From: Octopus bimaculoides
Taxonomy: Eukaryota
Reading direction: 5' to 3'
Length of the DNA stretch: 59,712 nucleotides
NCBI RefSeq assembly: GCF_001194135.2
Contig: NC_069000.1
Location: 12,425,942 to 12,485,653 of the forward strand
Part shown: piece by piece, positions 27,400-40,944 of the stretch
Position numbering within the stretch: the first letter of the stretch is position 1
Layout of the letters: each line of letters opens with the position of its first letter
Made by a program: the position numbers and the translations under genes
Notes under the pieces: generated by a model
Seen by the model: only the letters and a program-made list of their open reading frames with translations
Told to the model about the DNA's origin: nothing
The model's database searches: none

Positions 27400-27604
27400 G
27401 GCGGCAAGCTGGAAGGATTGTTAGCATGGCAGGCAATGGGATTTCGCCCGTCTTTACATTCTAGGTCCGAATTCCATCGGAGTCAGTTTTTGCCTTTCAC
27501 CCTCCACGGGTCGATAAAATAAGTACCAGTTGAACACTGAGATTGATCTAATCAACTTAGCCCGTACCCCAAACCTACTGGCCTTGTGCCAAAATTTGCA
27601 ACCA
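27400..27604 (+). mobile_element. SINE family A, diverged copy
   Basis: GGCGGCAAGCTGG...TTTGCCTTTCACCC...GGGTCGATAAAATAAGTACCAGTTG...GGCCTTGTGCCAAAATTTG. Confidence 0.88.
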
Positions 27605-29234
27605 AAATTTACTTATGCAGTGAGAGCCAGGCAACAGGGTATAAAATAATCTCAAGGAAAAATAAAGAAATTTAATACACTAAAATAACAGACTTCTCGA
27701 AAATATCGCACCACCGGCATATTTAGGAAAAAAAGGGAGTAAAAAAAGAGGCCATTTAACCAAAGTGCCTTGATTCTCAATATGTTAGAAATAAAGACAA
27801 GAAAATATAAATTTAGTGCATGTCATGTTACAATACATCACGTTGTCTTCTTTTCATCGCCTCCTAAAATTTGGTCACAGGTAGACGGCGCACCCCATTA
27901 TTCGGTAAATCTATTGTATTTATCAATAGGGAAGCAAACGATTTCATTATTTTTAATGATCTGTATTACTCTAATATAAGCAGGAGAGGAGTGAGACATC
28001 TCTATGTGTCGATTTCGTACAGGAAATGTTGAGGTACACCCACAAACCATCTACTGCAGGTACAGATTCTTGGAGAGACGAATTCTTTTATGAGTTGTGT
28101 CGTCAGAAAGTATTGGGACTTTCCTATTTATTCCTTATGAACGATATTGAAATCGAAATAGAATTATGATAGGATCCACAACACCATGGCAACAACAGAA
28201 ATTTCTTCCAAATTAATGTGAATGCTAATTAAGAACTGGATGCAAACCAAACCCATAAATGGTATAAATAAATAAATGAGGACACGCTCGTTAATGTGAC
28301 TCTGAAATACACACGTTATCTCTAGGGTATTGATGAAGTCCATGGGGTAGTTTACTGTTTGTTATCCAAAGCTGTGTGTAGCTTTGTAGAGCAATTTATC
28401 AACATGTACATGTTAAATAATTTCATTGGTTATCTAAACAGCTACGAGGTTTTGGGCCTTTGAGATTATGGTAAATGTATTGCAAATAGATACAGATGCT
28501 TCACCGTTGTTTGCAGGTATAAAGAGACAAAGTCAAAATTGCAAAAATGATTTCATGGGTGTACAAATATCACCAGTATTATAGTTTTCATTCTTTCCTC
28601 TTTTGTTTTGTTTCAGGTGTAATATGAAGGAATTTGATAATGAAGCATTGTTTGAGTAAATCCTATATTTTGGCAAAATAAAGACAAGATGTTGTAAATG
28701 TAACGTTTCTTGGTGCTAGGATTTGATGCACTGAATTATGTATGTGCATAGAAACCCAGAGATGCAACACATGCAAATGACAGAATATAGATGGCAAAAA
28801 AAAATTATGTACTTGTGTGGTTATTGAAAAAAAAAAAAAGCGTATATGTCCAATAAATGGATTTTATGGAAATATGGAAACCCTTTCACTCATATGAAAA
28901 AGGTCTCTCAAGATATGGAGAAAAAANNNNNNNNNNNNNNNNNNNNNNNNNNNNNNNNNNNNNNNNNNNNNNNNNNNNNNNNNNNNNNNNNNNNNNNNNN
29001 NNNNNNNNNNNNNNNNNNNNNNNNNNNNNNNNNNNNNNNNNNNNNNNNNNNNNNNNNNNNNNNNNNNNNNNNNNNNNNNNNNNNNNNNNNNNNNNNNNNN
29101 NNNNNNNNNNNNNNNNNNNNNNNNNNNNNNNNNNNNNNNNNNNNNNNNNNNNNNNNNNNNNNNNNNNNNNNNNNNNNNNNNNNNNNNNNNNNNNNNNNNN
29201 NNNNNNNNNNNNNNNNNNNNNNNNNNNNNNNNNN

Positions 29235-29288
<54 letters not shown>

Positions 29289-29858
29289 TGAGAAGGAGAT
29301 ATATCTCGATTATAGTTATGAAATAAACAGATATCATACTTTAAATCCCTACGTAGTATTTTGACGTATCCATAATATCGCCGTTTCGTATAAAATTTTC
29401 CGTTACGGATAGCATTGCACCTGTTTGGGGACAATGTCGGATGTGAAGGTTTTGTACACTGATAGATTTATAATCAGAAACACATCTACTGCATTATTTC
29501 CCTTTTATTAAGCTCTCCTTTATGGCTTTGCGTACCACTTGCAAGGATTTTGCAATATTGCAGTCGGTTCATACCGCCTCGTTTGACTGTGCAGATGGTA
29601 TTAATATAAATGCATTCATATATATAATTGCTTAGCGAAAGACGATTACACAATGTGGAAGATGTAGAAAGAGAATGCGACTGAGTGTGTTTGTGAGGGG
29701 GAAAGAGAAAAAACACACACACACACACACACGCGAAGAGAGATATACGCTGAAAAACAATTATTGTTAAACATCAATAGTGAACATGTAGATTGTGTGT
29801 TGAAATGTTCGGGCGATTGACATGGGTGTAAAAAATAAGGACTGTACTACTCTCTTCT

Positions 29859-29926
<68 letters not shown>

Positions 29927-30006
29927 GGAACAAAAACGTAATAGAGGAAAATAAAACATTCGGACAGATAGACGAAACAAAGGCGGACAAGAGAAACAGC
30001 AATTAG

Positions 30007-30308
30007 AAGGACGAAACGCAGCTAAATATTATGCCCTGTGTGCTAACGTTTCTGCCAGCTCGCCGCCTTTTTAATATTAATAATGATAATGATGATGACT
30101 TCAAATTTTGGCACAAGGCCAGAAATTTCATGGGAGAGGATAAGTCGATTACTTCGACCCCGGCACTCAACTGGTACTAGATTTATCGACGCCGAAATGA
30201 GGAAAGGCAAAGTTGACCCCGGTGGGATTTGAACCCAGACGGTAAAGATGTACGGAATGCCTCTAAGCATTCCACCCGGGGTGCTAACGATTCTTCTAGC
30301 TCTCCAAT

Positions 30309-30373
<65 letters not shown>

Positions 30374-30486
30374 TTCAAATTTTGCCACAAGGGTAGCAAT
30401 TTGGTGAGGCGGGAGTGAGTCAATGTAATCGACCTCAGTACTTAACTGGTACTTATTTTATTGACCCCGAGCGGATGAAAGGCAAG
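30007..30486 (-). mobile_element. Cluster of three co-oriented SINE family A pieces (30007-30068 head; 30100-30305 near full; 30373-30486 3' half)
   Basis: Each piece matches the family A pattern in reverse; they are separated by (AAT)/(GAT) tails. Confidence 0.88.
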
Positions 30487-30498
30487 GGAGAAGAAAAG

Positions 30499-30620
30499 GA
30501 AGAAGAAGAAGAAGAAGAAGAAGAAGAAGAAGAAGAAGAAGAAGAAGAAGAAGAAGAAGGAGAAGAAGAAGGAGAAGAAGAAGAAGAAGAAGAAGAAGAA
30601 GAAGAAGAAGAAGAAGAAGG

Positions 30621-30653
<33 letters not shown>

Positions 30654-30720
30654 AGAAGAAGAAGAAGAACAACAACAACAACAACAACAATAAAAACAAT
30701 AACAGCAACAACAACTACAG
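30499..30720. repeat. (GAA)n tract of ~170 bp followed by (CAA)n
   Basis: Direct reading; source of the poly-Glu/Phe ORFs. Confidence 0.97.
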
Positions 30721-33700
30721 TAATAATAATTTGTAACTCCCGACCTCAGTTCATAACTGGTAATGAGTTAATTCAATCTTGTATATGAAGAAAAAAATTT
30801 CCCCTTAAGTTATAACATTTTTTTTTCACCGCTGGATTAAATCTGCCAACCCAGAGTTATTTTATGATATACAAAGCTCAATATAATCAAACATTTATTG
30901 ATTGAAACCAATTAATATGAAATTGATGATAAATGAAAATTCAAGTAATTAAATTAAAGTAATTAATGAATTATTAATTTAAGAGTGTCACAAAGTTAAA
31001 TACGAAACAATGTTGAAACCTAAAAAACCAAACCTCCCCTAAACCACTACATTTCCGAAATAAGTTTTGAAGAATAACAATATGGCGTAGGGTGTATCGT
31101 TAATATATAATTAAGTGAGCGCTAAAATCCGACTGCTAGTGTTGGCGTGTTTCGACTCTGATTCTGAGGATGAATTTCCTTGAAATTTGATTCTGGATTA
31201 AAATTAATCCAAAATGTTAAGCCGACTGTTGGGAAATTGAATATCAGTGACCCTGAGAGAAACTTATGAACGGTTTCTTATTGCAAATAAATTATTTGAG
31301 TAAAAGAAAACATGTTCAACTTTGATGTGAAGCATTTCTGAAATCAAAGTAATTTATGCAGAGCAAATGATGAAATCCAGCAAAATTTAATGATTTATCT
31401 TTATGTTTATTTGCGGTCATACTGGAGCACTGCCTTTACGAGTTCAGACGATATCCCCGTATAAAGGAATAATATGATCTCTGTAGCTCATCAAGAGAGC
31501 ACAGGAGTTGTAAGCGCTACAATATTGCATGTATGAGGTCAGTATTAATTCTGAAAGACTCCATCTTAACTATAGTTCCACAACGCTATTTGTTCGTGAA
31601 ATCCAGTAAATTCCACGTTCGGGAGGCTGTTATAACAGCATAACACAGTCCATTTTATTAAGACCTTTGACAGGATCTTCTATAGCTTACGTTTTAAACA
31701 AATAACAAGTACACCCAACCGGTGCTTGCGAGCGAGTTAGGTTTGGCAATGTCACCATACATTCGGTAATAGGCTTGGATACATATGTAGTCGTTAACAT
31801 ATATAGATAGCTTCTCAGCTCTCTTGATTTTCACTTAGAAGGACATCCAGAATGTGACAGCTAAAAGAAGGTAAAAGGGTGCCACCATACTCAACTGATG
31901 CTAATTATAGTGAAATTAAATGCGCTAACGTAAAATGAATGCGCCTCTCTACTCAAGTCCTTATGATTATCTGCTGAATATTCCTAAACACTAAGGCATG
32001 TGCATTCACTAAAATAGCACTACTTAAATTCTTATAAGTTGTTTTAAATCACAAGTACTCAAAAGTCAGCAGTTTATTGTATAACGTGAATATCGAATCC
32101 CACACTACCATGTCGTGTTGTATGAATGTCTCAGCACACATTTCAGTGATTTAAATGCTGTTTGTTGATTACTTGACATTTCGAATTTTTTTAACTTCAA
32201 TTTCTGTGTTCATTTAAAACGCTAATAATGTTTAACAAACATGAATTAACCCCCATCATTGCATTGATAAATGTGTTTTATTAGCTTGATATTTGTATAG
32301 CGAAATCTCTGAGATTCCGATTAACTGTAGTATTTCATGTACTAACAGATCATTTTATGTGCGGTTTGATTCAGAAATGTCAGACTAGCTTGTAATATTA
32401 TAAGATGGAAATAAAAGATTAAAAATCGAGGCGCTGCAGCAACTCGAAAAATAAATCAGAGAAAATAATTGATATATTGATTATGCTGGTTGATTGAGAC
32501 AGCTGACATCTCACACATGAAATGTCTACTTCAGATTCCGGCATTAAAATATTACTTCACATAAAAAGAAAAAATAGCGTTGATGCACTCAAATAAACTC
32601 TATGACGCCTAATGACAGTTAAATGGAAGCCTGGAGTTGAAGATGAATAGTTATTGCTGCTAGAAATTAGTTCTGGCTATCGTAGTGGTTTTTGCCTATA
32701 AATTATGAATTAATGTCTTACTATAGGTCATTTGTCTAATCTTTGAGCAAGGCAATTAACTCTACTTGTGTCTATCTAAAGATAAAAATGACACCCAGCT
32801 TGTTGTAATTTGCTTTAAAACGTTTTGTTGATAAGACTTTAATAGCTTGGTGTTTTCAGATTTGATGTGAATTAATGTTGTGTTAGAGAAGTGGTTTACA
32901 TATAAGGTTCGTACAGACAAAGGATTCCACATGTAGATTAATTTCGAAATATATCAATCTAGCAAAATTTAAAGATATATTATGGTATATCGTGTCTTCA
33001 GCAAATGCAATCAAATTTTGAACATTCAGTTTGATTTGCCAAAAGTCGAGAGCACGAAGCAAAAGTAAAGCATTCTCATTACAAATATACAAAGCACTAA
33101 TTATTTTTTGACTTAGTTTGTTGTGAAAATTTTAATATTCCTACAGGGAGACACAAGATCTTGGGCTACGCTCACGAACAAAGCACGGTAGCTCCTTTAA
33201 CTAATTTGCAGTTCACACCTGAGTCATCAATGTTATCCATCTGGAAATAATGAATGATATTAATGATTCCTTAAATGTTAAGCGTTTAAAAATGTCTTAA
33301 TTTAAGAAACAAAGCAAAAGAGAAACAAGGAATCAAATTAACTTTGATTAATTAAAAATATGGTTTAATTTCAGTTTAAAACGTCACTTCAAAAGTTTGT
33401 TTCTTAATGGAAACAAGGTATTTATATGATGTTTTAATGTAGATAAATTGTTACTAGGGTACAATAAATTAACTACAGGTAAGTAGAGATGATCTCATAT
33501 ATCTGTAATAACTTGAGAACGTATTAGCTAAAGATTATTTTCCATACCAAGACATATGAGAACATATCACACACCACACTGCATAGGCTGCTCTTTCACA
33601 TTGCATTGGTTGATCTCTCACACTGATATACAATATATATCAATATATGTGTGTATGCAATGTCTCTGGATTTGTATGTGCGTGTGATTGTGTGTGTATG

Positions 33701-34474
33701 TCTGTATGTACTTGTACACACACACGCACACACACACACACACACGCACACACACACACACACACACACNNNNNNNNNNACACGCGCTGACTAGTGCTAT
33801 TTTCTACACTGATAGTTTTTTTTTTAATAGTTTATCTCATAATTCACCTTGAAAAAGTTTATCAAGTTTGATATTTTAACCAATGATCTGAATAAATTAA
33901 TTTGAAAATACCGAAACTCACCAAACCTTTCAAGTTAAAATAATGCCTTGGGAACCCAGTGTTGAGTCATGCAAATACTAATGTTTGGCACCAGTTACTT
34001 AGAATTCATTTAGACAAAGCAGTAATCCCCGCGGGATGGATAACCAGTGTGTTGCATTGAAAATATTCGTCCATAACATAATCCACACAAACTGAGTCAC
34101 TTCAAATTAAATGTGCTGTCCTAATACTTAATGGATTTAAAATCAAGGCATAGAGTATGAACCGACTGACCAGATTATATATTTCGTGTCCACCACAGTT
34201 AAAATGTCCGAAAAATTCTGCTACTTATTTCTTAAAGGAAAATGTTTTATGAAACAGAATTTCAAATCTGTACAGAGACACAACGCAATGTCCAGAGCAC
34301 CAATCGATCTTTCAATTGATTGTTCAATAGCTTACCCATTCGGTTATATTGATTCCTTATCAACATTGCCTGATAATATTGCACAAATGATGATTTAACT
34401 GTTTGCGAAATAGAAATAAAGTTTTTTCCGATATTTCACAACACGACATATATTTGGTGATTGGAAGAGAATGG

Positions 34475-34850
34475 TAAAGTTGATGTAATCGAAGTCAGAC
34501 AGTTACTGCTGTTTATTTTGTCGACTACAAAGGAATGAAAAATAAGATGACCTCGGCGCTATTTGAACTCAACATAAAAACAAGTAATTAAATAATAGAA
34601 GGAATTTATTCTGTCATCTATCATTATTTCAATAATAAAAGTATTTCGTTCAAATTTTGGCAGAAGGCCAACGGTTTTAGGCGAAGGGGTTAGTCGATCC
34701 CTGTGTTGAACTGGTGCTTATATTCTTGACTCTGAAAGATGAAAGACAAAGACTACTGCAGCAAAATTTGAACTCAGAACGTAGAGCCAGAAGAAATCCC
34801 GCGAAGAATTTTGTTCGAAGAGTTAACGATTCGACCAGCTAGTCACCGAT
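34475..34850 (-). mobile_element. Two old SINE family A copies (34475-34580, 34650-34850)
   Basis: Contain ATTTGAACTCA (B-box reverse), GATGAAAGACAAAG and CAAATTTTGGCAGAAGGCC. Confidence 0.7.
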
Positions 34851-36730
34851 ATTTCTTTCAAATTTTAGAACAAGGCCTGCATTTTTAGGAGGAAGAGGAA
34901 TGTATATTCCACAGATTCTGAGTCACCCTACCCTGCTCACCATTTGTACTATAGGAAGTACTCCTCTCTCCGTACATTTCATCCTACAGGCGCACACTCA
35001 GAGTAGGTTTATTTAATTCGGGCTATTCTCGCTACATTCACCGACCGTTTTACAAAGAAAGAAGCAGAGAAGGTACAGCATCTCACTTTCTATAATTTTT
35101 TTCCCATGTGGAATGATGGCTTGGTCGCATATGAAGATGTCTGATTGCAGCCGTTTCAGTCGCGTCCGCCGAACAGGCCCTTTCGCCATAGCCGCTAAAC
35201 TGAGGAAAACTGCCTGACCTTCTCGGTTACAGAAAGGCAACAAAGTGATATTCACGGTGTAGTCGGCTGATTGCCAAAGCCATCTGACATGTTAATAGCA
35301 GCAGTTCGAATCACCTCCACTCGTATTTATTTAGTTAACATCTGAAGAACAATACACCAATCACACCGTGGTGAAAATCAAATAGAGAATATGCGACTAA
35401 ATAACACGTAATTTTGTTCATCGCTCTACCGATTTCTGCCTTTCCAACAAATCTGTCCTTGTATATTTGTTATAGTAAACTGAAATATATTTTTCGACTA
35501 AGGCAGGAAATTTGATATTACAGCAGATAAATAAATAAATACGAAAATATCATAAGGTTTCTATTGGGTTTGTTTATAAGAGGGAAATATGCCAGATATC
35601 TTTTTAGACTAAGCCTGTTTAACCCCATAACTTATAATAGTGCACAAATCAATGTTAGAAAATTGAATTTACATATAAACATAAAAAAAAAATTATTAAT
35701 AAAACACGGGTGTATATAATTATACAATCCACAGACGCAAGACGAGAGAAGTACATCATATAAACATAATTAAACACTGTCATGTGAGTGTATATATGGT
35801 TGTATATGTGTATGTGTGTGGGAGAGAGAGAGAGAGAGTGTGAGGGGGAGAGAGAAAAAGAGGGAGAAAGGGAGGGAATTAATTTTGTCACGTTTGTAAT
35901 CTCGGCTCATCACAATTTTCATTCAGTTAAATATTTCCTCACTGCCAATCTCCTTCACCCTTGTTCTCTTTCTTGCTTTCTCTTTCGCTCGTGCGCATAC
36001 GCACACATGCCTATATATACATTTTATTCATGTTTATGGGAGTATGCGTATGTGTGTGTGCGCTTATATACATATATATTTATCCTCAACTCTCTCATTC
36101 TCTCTCAGCATATATTTATACGTGTGTGTGTATGTGTGTACGTGCGAATGTACGTGTATGTGAGCGTGTGAGTGTTTGGGCATACGGTAGATATATTTAA
36201 TAAGTCGAGGCAATAATGAAACAAGATTACTTAATCTCGAAGAAAAATTGTTGACGCTTCATTAAAGGAAAATAAAGGCTTCCAATGGTACCTCAAACTC
36301 TATGTACCATATGGTCCAGTTCGGGATCCGATGAGAGGGTTGGTAAACTTCAGAATATTTTCATAGTCAATATGACAATTTGCAAAAGATTTTGATGAAT
36401 TCATTCGATGAAAAGAACGAAGGGTTTTATCCTGTGTAAAAGAGTAAAGAACAGTGCGTTTACCGACGATTGTCTGCATCTGATGTTTTGCCAATTGACG
36501 TTAAAGTCACACTAGAGGCCTTCCCCGGAATGCATTTAAATGACATCTGTATGGTCAACAGAAGGACAAGCCCAAGATGTATATCCATCATAGAACGCAT
36601 GAAAACGAATGTGTGTTTCTGTAAATATTTATCTGTAGCCATGTTGTGTCTGGTTAAAACTGTTTCAGCTTTTCAACTGTTAATTTCGAGTTCGCTCCGG
36701 CTACTCAGTTAAAATGTTCGCATTGAGGCT

Positions 36731-36820
<90 letters not shown>

Positions 36821-36822
<2 letters not shown>

Positions 36823-37071
36823 TTTAGCTACGATCAGACTATCGAATGTTGTTATGCATCGCTGGTCACAATACGCTTTGCCTTGTTTTAGTATTCGAAT
36901 AACGTCACCCCGCTGGCTAGGCGAGTAGCCAAACATTACCGTTGGGTACTCATTTACAGCTGAGCGGTGTGGAGAAACGTGAAATGAAGGGTTTTGCCCA
37001 AGAACGCAACGTGCCGCCCAGTCCGGGAATCGAACCCATGGTCTAGCAATGCAACTGAACAACCATAAACC
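36821..37071 (-). mobile_element. tRNA-derived SINE, family D
   Basis: Reverse complement has B-box GGGTTCGATTCCC (37025-37037), then TTGGGCAAAACCCTTCATTTCACG...CTCAGCTGTAAATGAGTACC; ends at a (AC)n tract. Confidence 0.8.
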
Positions 37072-37929
37072 GGAAGTCTCGTACCTTCGCCTGCGATTTT
37101 TTTTATCTCTCGCTCTCAGTCAAACACGCAGCAACTTATACGAGTTCGGCTAGTCCATTCTCACAGAGGGAGTCATAATTCTCGCTATAACAGTCACGGT
37201 AGATGAAGTTGTTGGTGGTAGTTGCCATGACTACGAAACCGACGACGGCGACGATGAAGACTGTGATGATTAGGAACGCGACGACGACGACAACGACGAA
37301 ACGCATAACCAAATTGAAGAGGTAATAATGAAAATATGTTTCTCCTTAAGATATAGGAGCTATGGTTTCAAGTGTTGTGACTTAAACAAGAATTCATCAT
37401 GTTCAATTAAAGCCAAGCTTTTAATGAATTCTAAAGTACCTCGGTGGTTCCTTTGGGCTCTTACCACTTAGAAAAGCAGACAGAATAATATCGAGCTAGA
37501 GTATATTAATAAAATTATGAATTGAAAATTAAAACTTAAATATTCATGAACCAAGGTAATCCGTATTACTGTGCGTAAATGAGTTTATATGTAGCGTATT
37601 TCTTTAAATGTTTGTTTGTGTAATTTCTTCGGTATGTATGTATGAGATGATATATATACACCCCCCACCATACACAGACACATATATACTGTATATATAT
37701 TATTTGTGTGAGTGTATGTGCTTGTACGCGCGCGTGTGTGTGTATATGTGTTTGTGTATGAATGTGTGCAATTTAATGTAACGATTTATAATCAGAGATA
37801 CTGTAGATTTAGTGTCAAATCACGTGCCTTGGTGGAAACGACTGGCAGTCAGTATCGCACGGTTTTGTATATTATGCTGTGCTCTTTCTCCATATAGAAT
37901 TTACAGTACAAGGACTATTTTAATCTAGG

Positions 37930-38675
37930 AAATAATTGATTTCTGTTCAATGACAACTTTTTTTAGACAAAATCTGTGTCTCTGACAGGGGACAAAACAG
38001 GGTCCTCCTGGGTATGGTCTACATAAAGAAAGGTTACATTATTTGAAAAAAAAAAACCACTAAGAAAATATGGACACTCTTTCACCATATATACAAGATA
38101 ACTAGAAAAGGTATCGCGATGTTTCGTTCATTTTATGGAGTGACAGCACAGAAAAAAAATGAAAGAATTTGGAACATATCTCAGTGGAATTAATAAAATA
38201 TTCAATTCACCATGGAATATTCCCATAATCAATTCCCATTTTTGGACATATTTATAAAAAAAGTAAACAACCATTCACAGACAGATATTTACTATCTAAA
38301 TCTACGGATTTCTATCGATATTTTCCATTCAATTCATGTCACCCGAGACACTCTGAAATGAATGTCCCCTATAAACTAGCCAAAACGATTTGTACGTTAC
38401 ACCTCTTCACAAGAATTACTCACGGTCCTTCTTCAATAATAAAATACAAGCTAAGAAATTTGATATCCAAGTACCAACTTACGTAAAGCAAAGACATGAT
38501 CGAAATTGAAGTTCCTACCATACATCTCGACTAACAATTACCAAAGCAATGAGGCCTACCACATCATATTCCAGAATATACCATTACAGGAAAAGACATC
38601 CCGAATCAATGAAAGGTTTAACATTGCATACAATATCAATAAAACCAACAACAAAATATGTGGAAAACCCAACTC
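37930..38675 (+). mobile_element. Decayed Penelope-like element reverse transcriptase/thumb fragment (stops and frameshifts)
   Basis: Manual translation across frames gives LFNDNFF..., IQDN*KRYRDVSFILWSDSTEK (eroded catalytic YxDD region), IQFTMEYSHNQFPFLDIFIKK...TDIYY, STDFYRYFPFNSCHPRH...NVPYKLAKTICT, FLPYISTNN...EAYHIIFQNIP and KICGKPN. These are collinear with PLE RT motifs (FTME, PFLD, TD+YxKPTD, FNSCHP, then the Cys knuckle before GIY-YIG). Confidence 0.85.
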
Positions 38676-38722
38676 TCTGATAATTTTGTAATCCAGCAGT
38701 GTGTACATATATATGTATATGT

Positions 38723-38775
<53 letters not shown>

Positions 38776-38779
38776 TATG

Positions 38780-38945
38780 TGTACGGAGGTCACAAACCGT
38801 AAACAACATGAAATATGAAAACAAAAGAGTTAAATACATGAACAACGAAAGAAACAAATGGAAAACAGGACAATAACATAAATAACGACCCTTCGTCAAT
38901 TGTCGGCTGTCCATCTACTCCTGATTTCGAGCATTGAACAAGAAC
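38780..38945 (-). repeat. Interspersed repeat, possibly a PLE 3' end
   Basis: Reverse complement contains GCTCGAAA and TTGACGAAGGGT, the same words seen in the 4.2-4.4 kb elements; assignment is from recall. Confidence 0.4.
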
Positions 38946-40313
38946 ATCTAGATAGATAAATTGATTGATAGATAGATGGGCCGACAGATAGACCAACAGA
39001 CAGACAGCGTGGCGGATTGCTTCTTCATAGCTCCCGTCAACTGATTTCCATTCAAAAGTCATTGATCAACGAGAAACATTCAGCATTCTTTACAATGCGA
39101 TCGAACCCTGAACTTCTTCTTTGCAGGACGACCAATCATTACCACACAGCTATATGCACTTCCGAATTTTGTTTTTTCTCGCTAGACACTACTGTGTGTG
39201 ATTACTGGAATATAGAACATGCAAGAAATATAGATATGCATTTTAGGGATAAGTCAAATTACGTGACAGTGAATTTCCCTTGACAATTTTTCCAATACCT
39301 AACACCGAGCTATTCACAGTATAGCCACCCAGAGATAATAAAGCAATTATCATCGCTTCATGAAATGGAATATTTTTTGCTGGAATTCCATTTATATTTT
39401 GCAGAAATGCACTTATATAGACTGTATACTTGAAAACGAAAATGACAATTCTAGCGCTGGGAACATTGAATTTAATTATAGAATTTTCCTCTTTTCAATT
39501 AAACTTGCTGATATACACAAGGTTTGGGATAAGTTAGTTATCTCCACGTTCACGAGGCCTACTAAGCTGAGTTCCCATCCATGGCAGATGCTATAATATT
39601 ACTTTAAAATACAACGACAACAGCAACAAAACAATGGCAGCAAATAATGGCCGACTAATAAATGTGATTATGTAAAATGTATTAGCGGAAAAATGTATTA
39701 TAAACGCCTTAAATATATTAAATATTTTAAAACTCGCAGGCGCTGAATATATGAATATATNNNNNNNNNNNNNNNNNNNNNNNNNNNNNNNNNNNNNNNN
39801 NNNNNNNNNNNNNNNNNNNNNNNNNNNNNNNNNNNNNNNNNNNNNNNNNNNNNNNNNNNNNNNNNNNNNNNNNNNNNNNNNNNNNNNNNNNNNNNNNNNN
39901 NNNNNNNNNNNNNNNNNNNNNNNNNNNNNNNNNNNNNNNNNNNNNNNNNNNNNNNNNNNNNNNNNNNNNNNNNNNNNNNNNNNNNNNNNNNNNNNNNNNN
40001 NNNNNNNNNNNNNNNNNNNNNNNNNNNNNNNNNNNNNNNNNNNNNNNNNNNNNNNNNNNNNNNNNNNNNNNNNNNNNNNNNNNNNNNNNNNNNNNNNNNN
40101 NNNNNNNNNNNNNNNNNNNNNNNNNNNNNNNNNNNNNNNNNNNNNNNNNNNNNNNNNNNNNNNNNNNNNNNNNNNNNNNNNNNNNNNNNNNNNNNNNNNN
40201 NNNNNNNNNNNNNNNNNNNNNNNNNNNNNNNNNNNNNNNNNNNNNNNNNNNNNNNNNNNNNNNNNNNNNNNNNNNNNNNNNNNNNNNNNNNNNNNNNNNN
40301 NNNNNNNNNNNNN

Positions 40314-40386
<73 letters not shown>

Positions 40387-40944
40387 AGTGTGTGTTTGTA
40401 CAAACGCATAAGTATGTACGCATGTATGTATTTATCTACGCGTGTGCATGTATGTGTGTGTATATGGCCACGCGGTGCGTGTGTGACGAGCTGATTCTTA
40501 AATGAAATTTAGAGTAAATAAAATCTGTATGAATATGCAGAAATTTTTTTATTAGAATCATGTATTTATATATAAGTTATTGTTTATCCTATTTCTTGTT
40601 CAATATCTCCCACCATCTCCATCTCGCTAGCACATAAACACATACGAGCGCGCTCACATACACATACATACATACATACATACATACATACATACATACA
40701 TACATACATACATACATGAATAGTTCCATGCATACACACAGATAAGTCTTAGAGCTTAGGGTGCTGCTTTCACGATCGCGAATCATGCTTTCGATTTACT
40801 AACCGGGCAATACGTTGTCTTATGCAGCGTTTCATTTACTCTGCAGCCACTTTGACATCTTCCGTGTGACACTCCGTGCACTTCTGCAGGGCATGATGAC
40901 GTGACGGATGGGGTAAACTAATGAACAACATAAGTGCTATATCA

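Noticed and set aside
27870-28110. Tc1/mariner transposase fossil (WSQVDGAPHYSVN ... ISRRG ... DEFFY)
   Set aside because: Motif words resemble QQDGAPPHY / WIGRRG / DFFLWG, but the spacings are much longer than canonical and WPPRSPDL is absent.
28327-28347. GIDEVH helicase motif II
   Set aside because: Isolated hexapeptide with no Walker A or other helicase motifs nearby.
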